Assembly (NCBI GenBank): GCA_041918515.1
Contig: JAYRVO010000089.1
Span: 67,921 to 131,920, forward strand
DNA from: Chloroflexota bacterium
GTDB taxonomy: Bacteria; Chloroflexota; Anaerolineae; J102
Length of the DNA: 64,000 bases
Direction of reading: 5' to 3'
Each line of letters begins with the position of its first letter. Position 1 is the stretch's first letter. Positions 28,853 through 38,446 of the stretch are shown here, one piece after another. Made by a program: the position numbers and the translations under genes. Below the pieces are notes generated by a model, which was not told the DNA's origin, searched no databases, and was given only the letters and a program-made list of their open reading frames with translations.

Positions 28853-30402
28853 ACCTTTGTGGTTTCAGGTTCGTTGTCTGATGCGTCGTCCGCTGCCACC
28901 AACACCCGGCGTTGGGTGGCATAGGTCATGATGCCTTCTTGGGTTGCTTCGGCGGCGGTCAGTTCGCCGGTGATGCGACCCTCGCACATGACCACGATGC
29001 GGTGGCTCATACGCAGGATTTCCGGCAGTTCCGATGAGATCATGATGATCGACTTGCCCTGCTGCGCCAGGTTGTTGAGCAAATGATAGATCTCACTCTT
29101 GGCGCCGACATCGATGCCACGCGTCGGTTCGTCGAAGATGAGGATGTCGGTGTTGGCCGTCAGCCATTTGCCCACGACCACTTTCTGCTGATTGCCACCC
29201 GACAGGTTCTTCACCTTCTGTTGCAGGCTGGGCGTTTTGATGGCCAATGCATCCACATATTTGGCGCCGGTCTCGCGAATCTTGCCATCGTTGACGACCC
29301 CCAGCCAACCCAGGAACTTCTGGAAGGCAGCCAAGACGATATTGGCCTCGACATTCATCCCCAACGCCAAGCCATAGCGTTTGCGATCCTCGGATAAATA
29401 ACCAATGCCATGGGCCACGGCATCGCGCGGCTGCTTGATCGTAACTTTTTTGCCCTGCACAAGGATTTCGCCAGAATCTACCGGGTCGGCGCCAAAGACG
29501 GCGCGCGCCACCTCGGTGCGACCGGCGCCCATCAGTCCAGCAAAACCCAAAATCTCGCCCTTTTTGAGCTTGAAACTGACGTCTTTGATGACGTCGCCGC
29601 GGTTGAGGTTCCTGACCTCCAAGACAATTTCCTCGTTCGGGCGCTCCGGCACTTCCGGCGCCGATTCGTAGATCGTGCGCCCCACCATCATGCTGATCAC
29701 ACGCTCGATCGGGATCGTCGCCGCCTCTTCGGTGCCCACATAGCGGCCATCCCGCATGACGGTAATGCGGTCGGCGATCCGCTTCAGTTCTTCCAGCCGG
29801 TGCGAGATGTAGACGATGCCCACGCCCTTGTCGCGCAATTGGCGGATGATGCGGAAAAGTTCCTCGATCTCGACTTCGGTCAGCGCCGCGGTCGGCTCAT
29901 CCATGATCAAGACGCGCGAGTTGAATGACAGCGCCTTGGCGATCTCGACCATCTGCTGCTTGGCGATAGTCAGATCAGAAGTCTTGGTGCGCGGGTCCAG
30001 TTTGAGGTGCATCGAGTCGAACAGGGCCTGAGTCTGGGCGTTGATCTTGTTCTCGTCCAACACAAAGCGCACGCCCTGCCGCGGCTCGCGGCCGATGAAA
30101 ACATTCTGCGCCAGCGTCAGATGCGGCATCAGGTTGAGTTCCTGATGGATCATGCTGATCCCCAACTGCTGCGCGGCGCGCGGATTGGGGACATCGACTT
30201 CCTTGCCCTGATAGAGGATGCGGCCCGCATCCCTGGCATACACCCCGGCCAACACCTTCATCAAAGTTGATTTTCCGGCGCCATTTTCGCCCACCAACGC
30301 ATGCACTTCGCCAGACCGCAACTCGAACTGAGCTTGATCGAGCGCATGGACGCCGGGAAATGATTTGTCGATTCCCTCCATCAAAACAAGCACATCGCCC
30401 AC
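28849..30402 (-). CDS. Sugar ABC transporter ATP-binding protein (tandem NBDs, RbsA/MglA-like)
   Basis: Two Walker A motifs ([18 protein letters not shown]) and two signature/Walker B sets (LSGGNQQK...ILIFDEPT). The start is ambiguous: GTG 30402, ATG 30381, or ORF start 30474. Confidence 0.8.
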   Translation of the reverse strand: MGDVLVLMEGIDKSFPGVHALDQAQFELRSGEVHALVGENGAGKSTLMKVLAGVYARDAGRILYQGKEVDVPNPRAAQQLGISMIHQELNLMPHLTLAQNVFIGREPRQGVRFVLDENKINAQTQALFDSMHLKLDPRTKTSDLTIAKQQMVEIAKALSFNSRVLIMDEPTAALTEVEIEELFRIIRQLRDKGVGIVYISHRLEELKRIADRITVMRDGRYVGTEEAATIPIERVISMMVGRTIYESAPEVPERPNEEIVLEVRNLNRGDVIKDVSFKLKKGEILGFAGLMGAGRTEVARAVFGADPVDSGEILVQGKKVTIKQPRDAVAHGIGYLSEDRKRYGLALGMNVEANIVLAAFQKFLGWLGVVNDGKIRETGAKYVDALAIKTPSLQQKVKNLSGGNQQKVVVGKWLTANTDILIFDEPTRGIDVGAKSEIYHLLNNLAQQGKSIIMISSELPEILRMSHRIVVMCEGRITGELTAAEATQEGIMTYATQRRVLVAADDASDNEPETTKV

Positions 30403-30580
30403 GGCAGGCTCCTTTGCTCGATTTCGGATAAAAAAGAAGATAGGAGAGAAAAGAGACCTCGGCGAGCCGAACATTGGGTTGACTCTACCTCGATCTCGCT
30501 CCCTCCTACCTCCTCTTACTGGCGAAGACCGCGTCAGCCGCCAAAATCAGGCCGGCGACGGCGGCTCCTCATGTCTGCGC

Positions 30581-31564
30581 TCAATCGTACAGGAGCGGCT
30601 TGAACTGGTCCTGATCCATGTTGGTCTTGTCGTACCAGAAGAAGCCGGTGTCGATGACCTTATCGACCTTCTCGCCCTTGATCGCCTTGACCGCGGCTTC
30701 GACACACTTGTAGCCGATGCCGACCGGGTTCTGGGTGATGGCGCCGGCCTGAACGCCACTGCGCACGGCGTCTTTCTGTTGCTTGCTGGCGTCGTAGCCG
30801 ATGACGACGATCTTGCCTTCCTTGCCCAGCTCTTTCACCGCGTTCAGCACACCGATGATCGAGCCTTCGTTGGCGCCAAAGTAGCCTTTCAGGTCAGGAT
30901 TGGATTGGATGACGGCCTTGGCAATGTCGGTGGATTTCTGATGGTCGCCGGCGCCATAGTCGATGTTGACGATCTCGATATTAGGATATTTTTCCTTCAT
31001 GCGTTTGATGAAGCCGTCGCGTCGGTCGATGCCGGTGCGGCTGGTCTGGTCGTGCACCAAGACGGCGACCTTGCCCGCGCCGCCAATCAATTCGGCCATT
31101 TTGTCGGCAGCCAGGCCGGCGGCGGCGATGTTGTCGGTGGTGGCGGTTGCAATCGGGATATCGCTATCGACGCCAGAGTCAAAGCCAACCACCGGGATGC
31201 CCTTGGACTTGGCTTCTTCGAGCAGAGGGATGGCGGCCTTGGTGTCAAGCGCGGCCAGACAGATGGCTTTCGGGTTTTTGGCCAGGGCAGCCTGTAGCAT
31301 CTCGATTTGCTTGTCGACTTCCGACTCGGTGGCCGGGCCTTCGAACGTGATGTCCACGTTATAGTCCTTGGCGGCCTGCTCGGCGCCCTGCTTCACTGCC
31401 TGCCAGAACTGATGCTGGAAGCCTTTGGAGATGACAGGAATGTACGGTTTGGCGCCCGCCGCCGGTTGGCTGCCGCCTGAGGGCGCGGGCGCGGCACAGC
31501 CGGAGAGGATGGCCAAAACGACGAGTAAACTTACAGCAGCAATCAAAATTTTATTGGTCTTCAT
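30581..31564 (-). CDS. Sugar ABC transporter substrate-binding lipoprotein (PBP type I, ribose/xylose-binding family)
   Basis: Lipoprotein signal ending ...LSGCAAP. A periplasmic binding fold (IPVISKGFQHQFW...VVGFDSG...VIGYD). The RBS GGAG precedes ATG 31564. Confidence 0.8.
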   Translation of the reverse strand: MKTNKILIAAVSLLVVLAILSGCAAPAPSGGSQPAAGAKPYIPVISKGFQHQFWQAVKQGAEQAAKDYNVDITFEGPATESEVDKQIEMLQAALAKNPKAICLAALDTKAAIPLLEEAKSKGIPVVGFDSGVDSDIPIATATTDNIAAAGLAADKMAELIGGAGKVAVLVHDQTSRTGIDRRDGFIKRMKEKYPNIEIVNIDYGAGDHQKSTDIAKAVIQSNPDLKGYFGANEGSIIGVLNAVKELGKEGKIVVIGYDASKQQKDAVRSGVQAGAITQNPVGIGYKCVEAAVKAIKGEKVDKVIDTGFFWYDKTNMDQDQFKPLLYD

Positions 31565-31898
31565 ACATTCTCCTTTGATAGGGGTTGGGAAAGAAACGGA
31601 CGCGGCCTCATCGAGTTGCTAGGCCGGCAAACGATGAGAACGATCACAATTCATTATAGCCCCGCCCAAAGCCCTGTCAAATTGCGCTGGCAAACGACCA
31701 ATACCCCGTCCCCCATCCGCGTCCACAAAATATCTTTTCTGAAGGCGGCCAGAGTCATATCGGGAATTGCTGTACGAACAAACATTCGCATAAGCAACAC
31801 CATCCCCCAACCGTTGAGCCGGGGATGGTGAAACGGGCACGCCAAGCGTAGCCAAGACGGCGGCGAGTGATTCCGCCGGCATGTTGGCGCTGCACTCG

Positions 31899-33227
31899 TC
31901 AGTCAGGGGCGATAGCTGCCAATAACGCCCGCGCCACCGGGGCAAAAAGCGTCGAGAAGGCCGGGTCGATGGCCAACGCCTGTTGTAGATGCCGGCGGGC
32001 CGCGGCCCGGTCGCCCAAAGCATAGGCGATCATCCCGGCATGATAGTGCCAGAGCGCCTCACGCGTGCCCAAGTGCAGGGCCTCCTGGCTATAGCGCCAG
32101 GCCTGTTCGTATTCCCCGGCCCCGTAGAGCGCCCAGGCCAACACATCGGCGGCGTACAGGCTGGGGCGCCGCTCGTAGGCCCTCTGCGCCTGCAGGAGCG
32201 TCCGCGCCGGGTCATCGCGGCGGTCGGCCTCGAAAAGGGCCAATTCCAGGTCCACATCCACCCCGGCCCCGGCTTGCAGCCGTTGGATGGCGCGCACCAG
32301 GTCGTATTGCCGCTTTGCTTCGTCCTGCCGATCCATCGTCTCGTAAAGTTCACCCAGGGCGATGACGAATTCGGGCAGGGGCAGACGAGCAGCCAATGGC
32401 TCGTAGAGCTTGATGGCTTCATGGTAGTGGCCCTGGGCCGCAGTCATCCGAGCCAGCCCGGCCAGGGCATAGGCGTAATCGGGCTGCGCCCACAACGCCC
32501 GCCGGTAGGCCCGTTCGGCCTGCGCCAGGTCGCCGCTGCGCAGATAGAGATGCCCCAGTTGCGTCTGCACCCAAAGGGTTGCCTCGCTCGCTGGCGTCCC
32601 AGCGGCCACGGCCCGTTGCATGGCGGCGATGGCGCCGGCGGTGTCGCCGTGCAACTCGCGCAGGTAGGAGATGCGGCTGTAGGAAGCCAGGCCGGGGCGC
32701 AGATTCACCATCGTTTGTAGGGTGGCGGCGGCTTCGTCGTAGCGGCCCAACTCCACCTGGGCGTCAACCAGGATGCCCAGGGCGTCGGCGCTGTAGGGGT
32801 TCAGGGCGCGAGCGCGGGCGCCCCAGTTCAGGGCGTCGGCGAAATTGTGACGGGTCAGGGCCAGGACGCCGCGACCCAAGATGGCGTCGATCTGGTCAGG
32901 GTCGCGGGCCAGGGCTTGGTCGAAGGCTTGTTCGGCCAACGCGTAGAGCGAGGCGTCGGCGGTCTCACGCACGCGTTGTAGATAGGCCAGCCCCAACTGG
33001 GCATAGGCATAGGTGTCATCGGGATGACGGCGCAGTCGACCCTGAAATCGTTCGATCACAGCCTGCGACCCCATCTCGGTGGGGGTAGGCGGCGGCGGGG
33101 GGGCGGCGGCGCTGAAAAGCCGGAACAAGAGGGCCGTCAGGAACAGGATCAAGGCCGCGGTCAGCAGGGCCAGGGGCCGGGGAAACGACCATCGCCGCGC
33201 GGTCGTGGGTGTGATCGAGGATGCCAT
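31899..33227 (-). CDS. Membrane-anchored TPR-repeat protein
   Basis: An N-terminal TM helix (LALLTAALILFLTALLF) followed by >=8 TPR-like repeats (AYAQLGLAYLQ..., ALAGLARMTAAQG..., WHYHAGMIAYALGD...). The start is set at ATG 33227, which has an AAAGGA RBS. Confidence 0.7.
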   Translation of the reverse strand: MASSITPTTARRWSFPRPLALLTAALILFLTALLFRLFSAAAPPPPPTPTEMGSQAVIERFQGRLRRHPDDTYAYAQLGLAYLQRVRETADASLYALAEQAFDQALARDPDQIDAILGRGVLALTRHNFADALNWGARARALNPYSADALGILVDAQVELGRYDEAAATLQTMVNLRPGLASYSRISYLRELHGDTAGAIAAMQRAVAAGTPASEATLWVQTQLGHLYLRSGDLAQAERAYRRALWAQPDYAYALAGLARMTAAQGHYHEAIKLYEPLAARLPLPEFVIALGELYETMDRQDEAKRQYDLVRAIQRLQAGAGVDVDLELALFEADRRDDPARTLLQAQRAYERRPSLYAADVLAWALYGAGEYEQAWRYSQEALHLGTREALWHYHAGMIAYALGDRAAARRHLQQALAIDPAFSTLFAPVARALLAAIAPD

Positions 33228-33369
33228 CGCTTGTCCTTTGCGGTGGTGAAAGCTACCATGAAAATGGATGCAGCGCCCCAGCTGCCAGGCTAAAAGAACG
33301 CTGCACCCACAAGGTGGCGGGGTTGCGGGCGCGGGGTTCACCCCACCCGCAACCCCCCGGCTGCGGCGG

Positions 33370-35133
33370 TCAATCCAGGGTCAGGTCGAAGGGGTCGCCG
33401 GTCGTCGGCTTGCCCCCATCTCTGCGGCGGTGTAGCCAGGCGACCGGGGCGCCCAGCAGGAGCAGGCCGCCGGCCATGGCCAGGGCCGCACCGGCCGGAT
33501 TCTCCTTCACCAGTTCGGCGGCCGAGGCAGCATAGCTTTGGTGGGCCTGGAACGGCATGTAGACCGGGGCCAGCGGGTTCTGGTGCAGACGCTCCTGGCC
33601 CGAATGCGGGGTGGCCAGGTAGGGGAAGTGATCCTTGAACGGCTTGTCGTTGTGGTCCACGCCGTCGGTGAGCACGCCAATGAGGGCCGGATTGAAGCTG
33701 AAACCGGCGTCGCGGCCATCCAACGCGGGATAGGCGGCCCCGGCCACGGCCAGTAGCTCGATCTCGACCGTGTCATCGATCAGGCGGCGACCGTTGGGGA
33801 AGCCACAGGCATCGCCGGCCAACACACCCAGGCGTTGGGGCGTGGGATGGCAGAGGGTGCCGCTGATGGTCGTGTTCACGCGGATCATCTCGGCCGGGAC
33901 GACGTTCATGGGCTGGTTGACGTTGAACCCGGCGGGGAGGGTGACGGGTCCACCTCCCGCATGGATGGTGAAGGGTGCGGCCAGCTTCATCCCAGTCACG
34001 AACACATCGAAGATGTCGCCGCGGCCTGAACGAGGTGTACCTGGGGTGAAGTTGGTGTGGCAGTCAGGGCTGGCGCCATCGCCGGGCAGAGGCACGCCGT
34101 AGAGCGCGCACAACAGGGTGCCGATCTCGGGGTCTTCGACATAGGGCTGCAACACCCCGTAAACGGTGAGGTCGACTTCCGGCTTGATGGCGTTGAAGGT
34201 GTCCTTCAGGGCCAGAGGCAGCACCACCTCGTTAACCAGCGGCATGCCCAGCCGCGAGACCTGGACATGGGCGGCGGCGGCATCGCTTTGCGCCAACACC
34301 GACATTGACTTGCGGGCGGCGGTGGCCCACACGCCCAATACTGGGTCGCCGGCCTTTACCAGGTGAGCGACGGGAATCTCCAGGATGAAGGCGTGGGCAT
34401 TGTAGCCGGCCAGGGAATCGACCGGGATGTTGTTGCCCAGCGAGTAGCCCACGGGCGGGTTTTGCCCGCGCAGGGTGAGCAGGTCGAATACCTGCAAGTC
34501 CACCCAGAAGGGGTCGTCGCGCTGGCCAGCGAAGACCTTGATCGGGCCTTCGGCCGAGCTATAGGTGTAGATCGCTTGGCCCACCAGGTCGGCGTAGTTG
34601 GGCGTCGATTTGCTGCCGATGTTGGCCGGCGTCGTCGGCTTGTTGGCCACCAGGTTGACCGGGGAATGGCCTTCGAAGGTCTCGGTGATGGTGATAACCT
34701 GGCGCTGGTTCCAGTCGGGGTCGTCGAGCGAGGTGATCGGGCCGGTGTTGTAGAGGAAGGTACGGGGGTTCTGGAAGGTGGTCTTGGAGGTCAGGGCGTA
34801 GGTCACGTCGGCTTTGGCGTCGCCGTCGTTATCGACGTGGATTTCATAGCTGACGTTGTCATCCCACGCGAAGTAGTTCGGCCCGCCTTCGGGGCCTTCG
34901 AAGGGGATGTAAACCCCGACCAGGACGATGTTATTGCCCTGCACCCAGGCGTAGGTGTCGGTGTTGTCGGCGAAGGCGTCGCGGGAAATGAGCGGCGCTT
35001 CGCGGTGGCTGGAGGCGTCGGCGTTGCCGCCGCTCAGCAGCAGGGTCGCGGCCAACAGCAGTAGCGCCAGGCCCAGGGCCAGGCCAGTGATGAGCAGGCG
35101 ACCGGGGGTTTGTGCGAAACGAGAGGTGGTCAT
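33370..35133 (-). CDS. Secreted DUF4331-family protein with C-terminal hydrophobic anchor
   Basis: Signal peptide, then the DUF4331 hallmark SSHREAPLISRD shortly after the cleavage region. The C-terminus is PAGAALAMAGGLLLLGAPVAWLHRRRDGG (helix plus Arg-rich tail, sorting-signal-like). The start is set at ATG 35133. Confidence 0.65.
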   Translation of the reverse strand: MTTSRFAQTPGRLLITGLALGLALLLLAATLLLSGGNADASSHREAPLISRDAFADNTDTYAWVQGNNIVLVGVYIPFEGPEGGPNYFAWDDNVSYEIHVDNDGDAKADVTYALTSKTTFQNPRTFLYNTGPITSLDDPDWNQRQVITITETFEGHSPVNLVANKPTTPANIGSKSTPNYADLVGQAIYTYSSAEGPIKVFAGQRDDPFWVDLQVFDLLTLRGQNPPVGYSLGNNIPVDSLAGYNAHAFILEIPVAHLVKAGDPVLGVWATAARKSMSVLAQSDAAAAHVQVSRLGMPLVNEVVLPLALKDTFNAIKPEVDLTVYGVLQPYVEDPEIGTLLCALYGVPLPGDGASPDCHTNFTPGTPRSGRGDIFDVFVTGMKLAAPFTIHAGGGPVTLPAGFNVNQPMNVVPAEMIRVNTTISGTLCHPTPQRLGVLAGDACGFPNGRRLIDDTVEIELLAVAGAAYPALDGRDAGFSFNPALIGVLTDGVDHNDKPFKDHFPYLATPHSGQERLHQNPLAPVYMPFQAHQSYAASAAELVKENPAGAALAMAGGLLLLGAPVAWLHRRRDGGKPTTGDPFDLTLD

Positions 35134-35310
35134 GGTCGAATCTCCTGTTCGACAGAGAGGAAAAGGAACGGGGATGGAAGAAGCAAAACGAATCAGGTTA
35201 GGGTCATACACATCTCCTTGAGAGGAAGAAGGTCGAATGCGGCAGGGTCTTCGGCTCGACCCGGTTGTGGTGGATGTCCGCGACCGGGCCAGCCCCACCG
35301 TCGATCCTGT

Positions 35311-36822
35311 CTAGATGACTCCGACCTGGACGAGGGCCTGCCAGGCGATGCCCAGGCCGATGATGGCCACCAAAGCAGCGCTGGCGACCGGCGCCACGGC
35401 CAGGAGGCGCCCTCCCACCGGCGCCCGCTCCACCAGACGTCCGGCGTGGACGAAAAAGAGGCCGATAGCGGTCAGAACCCCGGCCAGACCCAGGCTGAAG
35501 GCCACGATGAGGGCCAGGCCGAGGCCGATGCGGTTGACGGCGACGGCGCCAAGCATGACCACCAGGGCCGAAGGGCATGGCGTAAGCCCGCCCGACACCC
35601 CCAACGCCAGCAGGCTGCGCCAGGTGACGGGCGCGCCGTCGGCGCCGAGCGGAAGATGGCTGTGATCGTCATTTTGCAGATCGACGTGAGCGTGGCCATG
35701 ATGGTGGTGATGGTCATGCGGATGATCGTGGGCGAGGCCGCGACGATGGGCCAGGCTGTGCCTCCAGACGCCCATGCGTTGGCGCAGCAGGCTCAGCCCC
35801 AGGGCCGTCACCAGCAAGCCCGAGGCCAGGCTGAGCCAGGGGTAGAGTTGTTCGGGCAGGATGTAGCGCGAGGCGAAGAGGGTGAGCAGGCCCAGGGCGA
35901 AGACGCCAGCGGTGTGGGTGACGGTGGTCGTTAGGCCCAGGAAGAGGGCGTGGCGGGTGGTGCCGCGAGCGCCCACCAGGTAGGCGCCCACCACCGTCTT
36001 GCCGTGGCCGGGGGTGAAGGCATGTAGCGCTCCCCAACCCAGGGCAGCCAGCAGGGCCAACAGCAGGGCGCCCGGCCCCAGGATCGGGGTTTCGATCAGG
36101 GCGGCAAAGCGGTCGGTGGAGCGGATGCCTGTCACGGGCGCGGGCGAGGGGCCGCGGGCCACGAGGGTGGTCTGACCGCTCGCCAACAGCTCGAAGCGGA
36201 AGCTGGCGGCGGAGAGGTCGGGTGGGTTCTGCAGCAGGTCTTGGGGATAGCTGCGCAGTTCGTCGCTCAAGTCGACGGTGGGCGCGGTGGAGGCAAGCAG
36301 CCTGGCCCCATCGCCGGCCGCCACCACAATTTCTTTCCAGCCCAGGCGGTCGGCAAAGTTGGCGTCGTGATAGTCCATCTGCCAGCTTGCGGCCTCCGAC
36401 GGGAGGGGGGCGACGAAGGTGGCGGTGAGACGCAGGGTGGATAACCCGCCCTGACCGGGCGGAAACTCCAGGTTTTGGGCCTGAACCAGCAGGGGCAAAG
36501 CTCTCCCGGCGGCCGTCAAACGCAGACCCTGACGCAAGTTGGCGACTTGTTCGGCCAGATAGCGTTCGTGCTCGTTCGGGGCGATGGCTCCGTCGCTGTC
36601 GGCGTCGATGCGCCCGCGCTCCTGGAAGGCCGGGATCTCGGCCATGTCGAGGACATAGTGAATGTCCACCTGCCCGGTGTGCAGTTCCAGGCGGCTGTAG
36701 CGATTCACGGTGAAGTTGCCCAACGGGTGCGCCCAGGCAGCCAGGGGCCAGATCAGCAAGATGACGAAGATGAGGAGAGCCGCGCCCCCCAGGCGGCGTC
36801 TGCCGGCAAGACGACGGGACAT
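35311..36822 (-). CDS. NicO/RcnA-like nickel/cobalt transporter fused to N-terminal periplasmic domain; His-rich loop
   Basis: The C-terminal half has ~6 TM helices with HAFTPGHGKT (an RcnA/NicO-type signature) and a cytoplasmic loop HDHPHDHHHHHGHAH. A ~230-aa N-terminal extracytoplasmic domain follows a signal/TM segment. Confidence 0.6.
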   Translation of the reverse strand: MSRRLAGRRRLGGAALLIFVILLIWPLAAWAHPLGNFTVNRYSRLELHTGQVDIHYVLDMAEIPAFQERGRIDADSDGAIAPNEHERYLAEQVANLRQGLRLTAAGRALPLLVQAQNLEFPPGQGGLSTLRLTATFVAPLPSEAASWQMDYHDANFADRLGWKEIVVAAGDGARLLASTAPTVDLSDELRSYPQDLLQNPPDLSAASFRFELLASGQTTLVARGPSPAPVTGIRSTDRFAALIETPILGPGALLLALLAALGWGALHAFTPGHGKTVVGAYLVGARGTTRHALFLGLTTTVTHTAGVFALGLLTLFASRYILPEQLYPWLSLASGLLVTALGLSLLRQRMGVWRHSLAHRRGLAHDHPHDHHHHHGHAHVDLQNDDHSHLPLGADGAPVTWRSLLALGVSGGLTPCPSALVVMLGAVAVNRIGLGLALIVAFSLGLAGVLTAIGLFFVHAGRLVERAPVGGRLLAVAPVASAALVAIIGLGIAWQALVQVGVI

Positions 36823-36981
36823 GGAACACGCTCCAAGAGCAGAATTGGGTCAACTCAGACACTGCCATCTTAGCCGGCCCTGCTGCTCACTTTCCAGCCC
36901 AATCGCTGCTCAGTTGTTGTTCAGTTGTAGACCCGGACGGGAGGAACAGAATAGTACTACAACCGCACATCCCTTTGAGGT

Positions 36982-37126
36982 GTCATTCTGAGTGACCCAT
37001 GCCTCGTGGCGGCATGCGCCCGAGCAATGACCTCCTCGTCGCGTCACCCTGAACGGGTCGATCTGGTGTTTTGTCGCTCCGATCAACCAGTGAAGAGCCT
37101 GCCCTGAGCGCAGTCGAAGGGGTCTC
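36982..37126. repeat. Dispersed MITE-like repeat, copy B (truncated)
   Basis: gtcattctgagtgacccatgcctcgtggcggcatgcgcccgagcaa... aligns base-for-base with 6226..~6375, with one frameshifting indel. It lies in an 850-bp noncoding gap. Confidence 0.6.
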
Positions 37127-37611
37127 CGAATCGGGATGTCATAAGCAGAGGTCCAGCGCTCGAACGGTCACCCCGCTGGCTCCTTGCACTGCAAACCCCT
37201 TGCTCGCATGGCCGATACGGATCAGCGGCATCCCGCTGTATCCCGGCTGTGTCAAGCCATCCACCGTCATGGACGTCGTGATCGCAGGCAGTTCGCTGGC
37301 AGGACTGATTGTCTGCGCCCCGCCGCCGCCGATGCTGAAGGCGATGGTTCAGCCCCACTCCCCGTCACACACTCGCCCGCCATCACACCCGAAGCCCTGT
37401 CTGTATTGGCGGCCGTGATCGCCTCACGCAAGGTGACTGCTCACCTCTATGCTTCACCAGGCGGTGGGCCGTGTCATGACGCGGACGCCACGCTTTTTCC
37501 GGCTACGATGAAGACCCAATGCAAGACGCCCAGTGAATTCGTTTGCGTAAAGTATAGCACACCTTTCGGTTGTTGTGACAACGAACTTCGAAATTCGGCA
37601 GCGCTTTTGGG

Positions 37612-37663
37612 TTGACACCGCCTCATGGCTATGTCACAATGCGCCAGTAATACAATGTATTAC
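37612..37663 (+). promoter_or_regulatory. Putative promoter (TTGACA-17-CACAAT) and 17-bp perfect palindromic operator GTAATACAATGTATTAC upstream of RHH antitoxin
   Basis: The palindrome 37647-37663 lies between the -10 region and the RBS GGAG (37664-67), typical of a TA autoregulatory operator. Confidence 0.55.
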
Positions 37664-37674
37664 GGAGCTATCCT

Positions 37675-37914
37675 ATGACTATTTCGATGACCCGCAAGAC
37701 GCGGGTGCTCAACATCTCTGTTCCGCCTGACATGTACGCCGCCATCGAAGCGGCGGCGCGCGCTGAACAGCGCACCAAGAGCGAACTGATCCGCGAGGCT
37801 TTTCGCTCCTACCAATTCACTCGTCGCTGGCGGATCTTGCGCCAGCTCGGAACCGAGACGGCTGCCCGGCTTGATATCGAGAGCGATGAGGCGTTGGAAG
37901 CATTTCTGGGATGA
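37675..37914 (+). CDS. Ribbon-helix-helix (CopG-like) antitoxin
   Basis: 79 aa. The RHH N-terminus RVLNISVPPDMYAAIEAAARAEQRTKSELIREAF has a beta-strand then helix pattern. It overlaps the downstream PIN gene by 4 bp. Confidence 0.7.
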   Translation: MTISMTRKTRVLNISVPPDMYAAIEAAARAEQRTKSELIREAFRSYQFTRRWRILRQLGTETAARLDIESDEALEAFLG

Positions 37915-38345
37915 GAGCGCCATTACTGCGCATAGTCTTCGATACCAATGTGTATATCTCGGCAGCCCTGCACGGCCGCCAGGCGGAAACGGTGCTGCAA
38001 CTCGCGGCTGCAAATCAGGTCGTGCTGCTGACATCCCCCGCCATCCTGGCTGAACTCGACCGCAAACTTACCCACAGGCTGGGTTGGTCCGCACAGCAGG
38101 CCCGGTTGTTCGTGGAGACTATCCGCGCAATCGCCGAGATCATCGAACCGCAGCAATCTTTGCATGTTGTCCCCGGCGACGAAGATGACAATCGCATCGT
38201 CGAATGCGCTGTGGCCGGCGGTGCCGCTTTGATCGTCACTCACGATCAGGATTTGTTACGCCTAGAATCCTACGAGACCATCGGCATCATCAGTCCCCGT
38301 CAGTTGACTTTCTATGGGCTGGATCAAGGACCCGATCATCAGTAG
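37911..38345 (+). CDS. PIN-domain toxin (PIN_3/TIGR00305-type, VapC-like)
   Basis: IVFDTNVYISAAL (first Asp), ...DEDDNRIVECAVAGGAALIVTHDQDLL (acidic residues of a PIN active site). Confidence 0.7.
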   Translation: MRAPLLRIVFDTNVYISAALHGRQAETVLQLAAANQVVLLTSPAILAELDRKLTHRLGWSAQQARLFVETIRAIAEIIEPQQSLHVVPGDEDDNRIVECAVAGGAALIVTHDQDLLRLESYETIGIISPRQLTFYGLDQGPDHQ

Positions 38346-38446
38346 TAGCCAAAGCGCTTGCCGATCAAACCACAATGATAGGCAATAAGAAACCCCCAGC
38401 CTCGCGACCGGGGGTTTGTCATTATGGTCGGTGTTTGCTGCGCCGC

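Noticed and set aside
35400-35720. His-rich stretch as a possible separate metallochaperone gene
   Set aside because: It is in-frame within the NicO-like permease, forming a cytoplasmic loop between TM helices, and is not an independent ORF.
37071-37615. Possible small genes (115 aa, 143 aa) in the 850-bp gap upstream of the TA module
   Set aside because: No RBS or domain signal. They overlap the MITE-like repeat and each other. The region is treated as noncoding regulatory or repeat DNA.
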